Virus record (IMG/VR): IMGVR_UViG_3300048057_000022
Span: 1 to 62,465 of that record
Length of the DNA stretch: 62,465 bases
From: a virus
Lineage: Duplodnaviria > Caudoviricetes
Reading direction: 5' to 3' (one strand)
Below are positions 62,327 to 62,465 of the stretch, piece by piece. Below the pieces are notes generated by a model. That model was not told where the DNA came from. It did not search any database and saw only the letters and a program-made list of their open reading frames with translations. The position numbers were made by a program, and so were the translations under genes. The stretch's first letter is position 1. Each line of letters starts with the position of its first letter.

Positions 62327-62455
62327 ATGACCAAGCTGATTCTAGTTGAGTTCTCTCCCCACTCGTTCCTTGTATCGGTTCCCTTTGCTTTTTGGGTCGT
62401 AGTGGGGGTCTTGGTGGCGCTCGCGGTTGTCACGGTCTGGGAGGTGACAAGATGA
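62327..62455 (+). CDS. small membrane protein
   Basis: MTKLILV..FAFWVVVGVLVALAVVTVWEVTR; ATGA overlap with a final truncated ORF at 62452. Confidence 0.45.
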   Translation: MTKLILVEFSPHSFLVSVPFAFWVVVGVLVALAVVTVWEVTR

Positions 62456-62465
62456 ACGGCCAAGC

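Noticed and set aside
1-62465. Stop-codon reassignment (CTAG/TAG looked frequent)
   Set aside because: Core genes are full length in the standard code and TAG, TGA and TAA all terminate coupled genes; no suppressor tRNA was seen.
1-62465. tRNA or rRNA genes, DNA polymerase, primase, DNA methylase
   Set aside because: No cloverleaf with T-loop consensus or relevant protein motifs recognised by eye; tRNAscan and HMM searches are needed to exclude them fully.
62452-62465. Exact circular closure with position 1
   Set aside because: Joining the ends puts the final ATG in a different frame from the open frame at 3-293, so some bases are probably missing; no terminal overlap is visible.

Overview
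This 62.5 kb GC-rich window looks like a near-complete genome of a long-tailed dsDNA phage (siphovirus-like), probably circularly permuted; exact closure of the ends cannot be shown. It has four parts. (1) A short rightward leader unit (about 62.2 kb, running through the window ends to 3.4 kb) carries a Cys-rich protein and an M28-type peptidase. (2) A repeat-rich non-coding control zone spans 3.4-4.4 kb. (3) A rightward early/accessory operon (4.4-17.6 kb) holds DUF932, Lar, many small genes joined by shared junction repeats, two sulfotransferase-like genes, a collagen-like lipoprotein, a HAD phosphatase, a Pol-beta-type nucleotidyltransferase and an unusual tyrosine recombinase. (4) A long leftward arm (61.8 to 17.7 kb) holds SSB, HNH, SLOG, an origin-like repeat zone, GpA-type terminase, portal, scaffold, capsid, tail genes with a -1 frameshift chaperone, tape measure, large tail and fibre proteins, a third sulfotransferase, a lysis cassette, an HTH regulator, YqaJ, a Gp3-like protein, a truncated initiator, DnaB and RuvC. 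The main observations worth testing are: a gene and domain shuffling network built on shared 18-36 bp blocks; three sulfotransferase-fold genes, one inside the virion module; a tyrosine recombinase with an intact catalytic domain nested inside a dead one; a five-site 16-bp operator regulon; an identical 25-nt element on both divergent transcripts; a self-contained leader segment bounded by inverted dyad sites; an initiator apparently separated from its iterons; a cationic 30-aa lysis peptide; and a membrane-anchored copy of a tail module. All family calls come from motif recognition by eye, not database searches.
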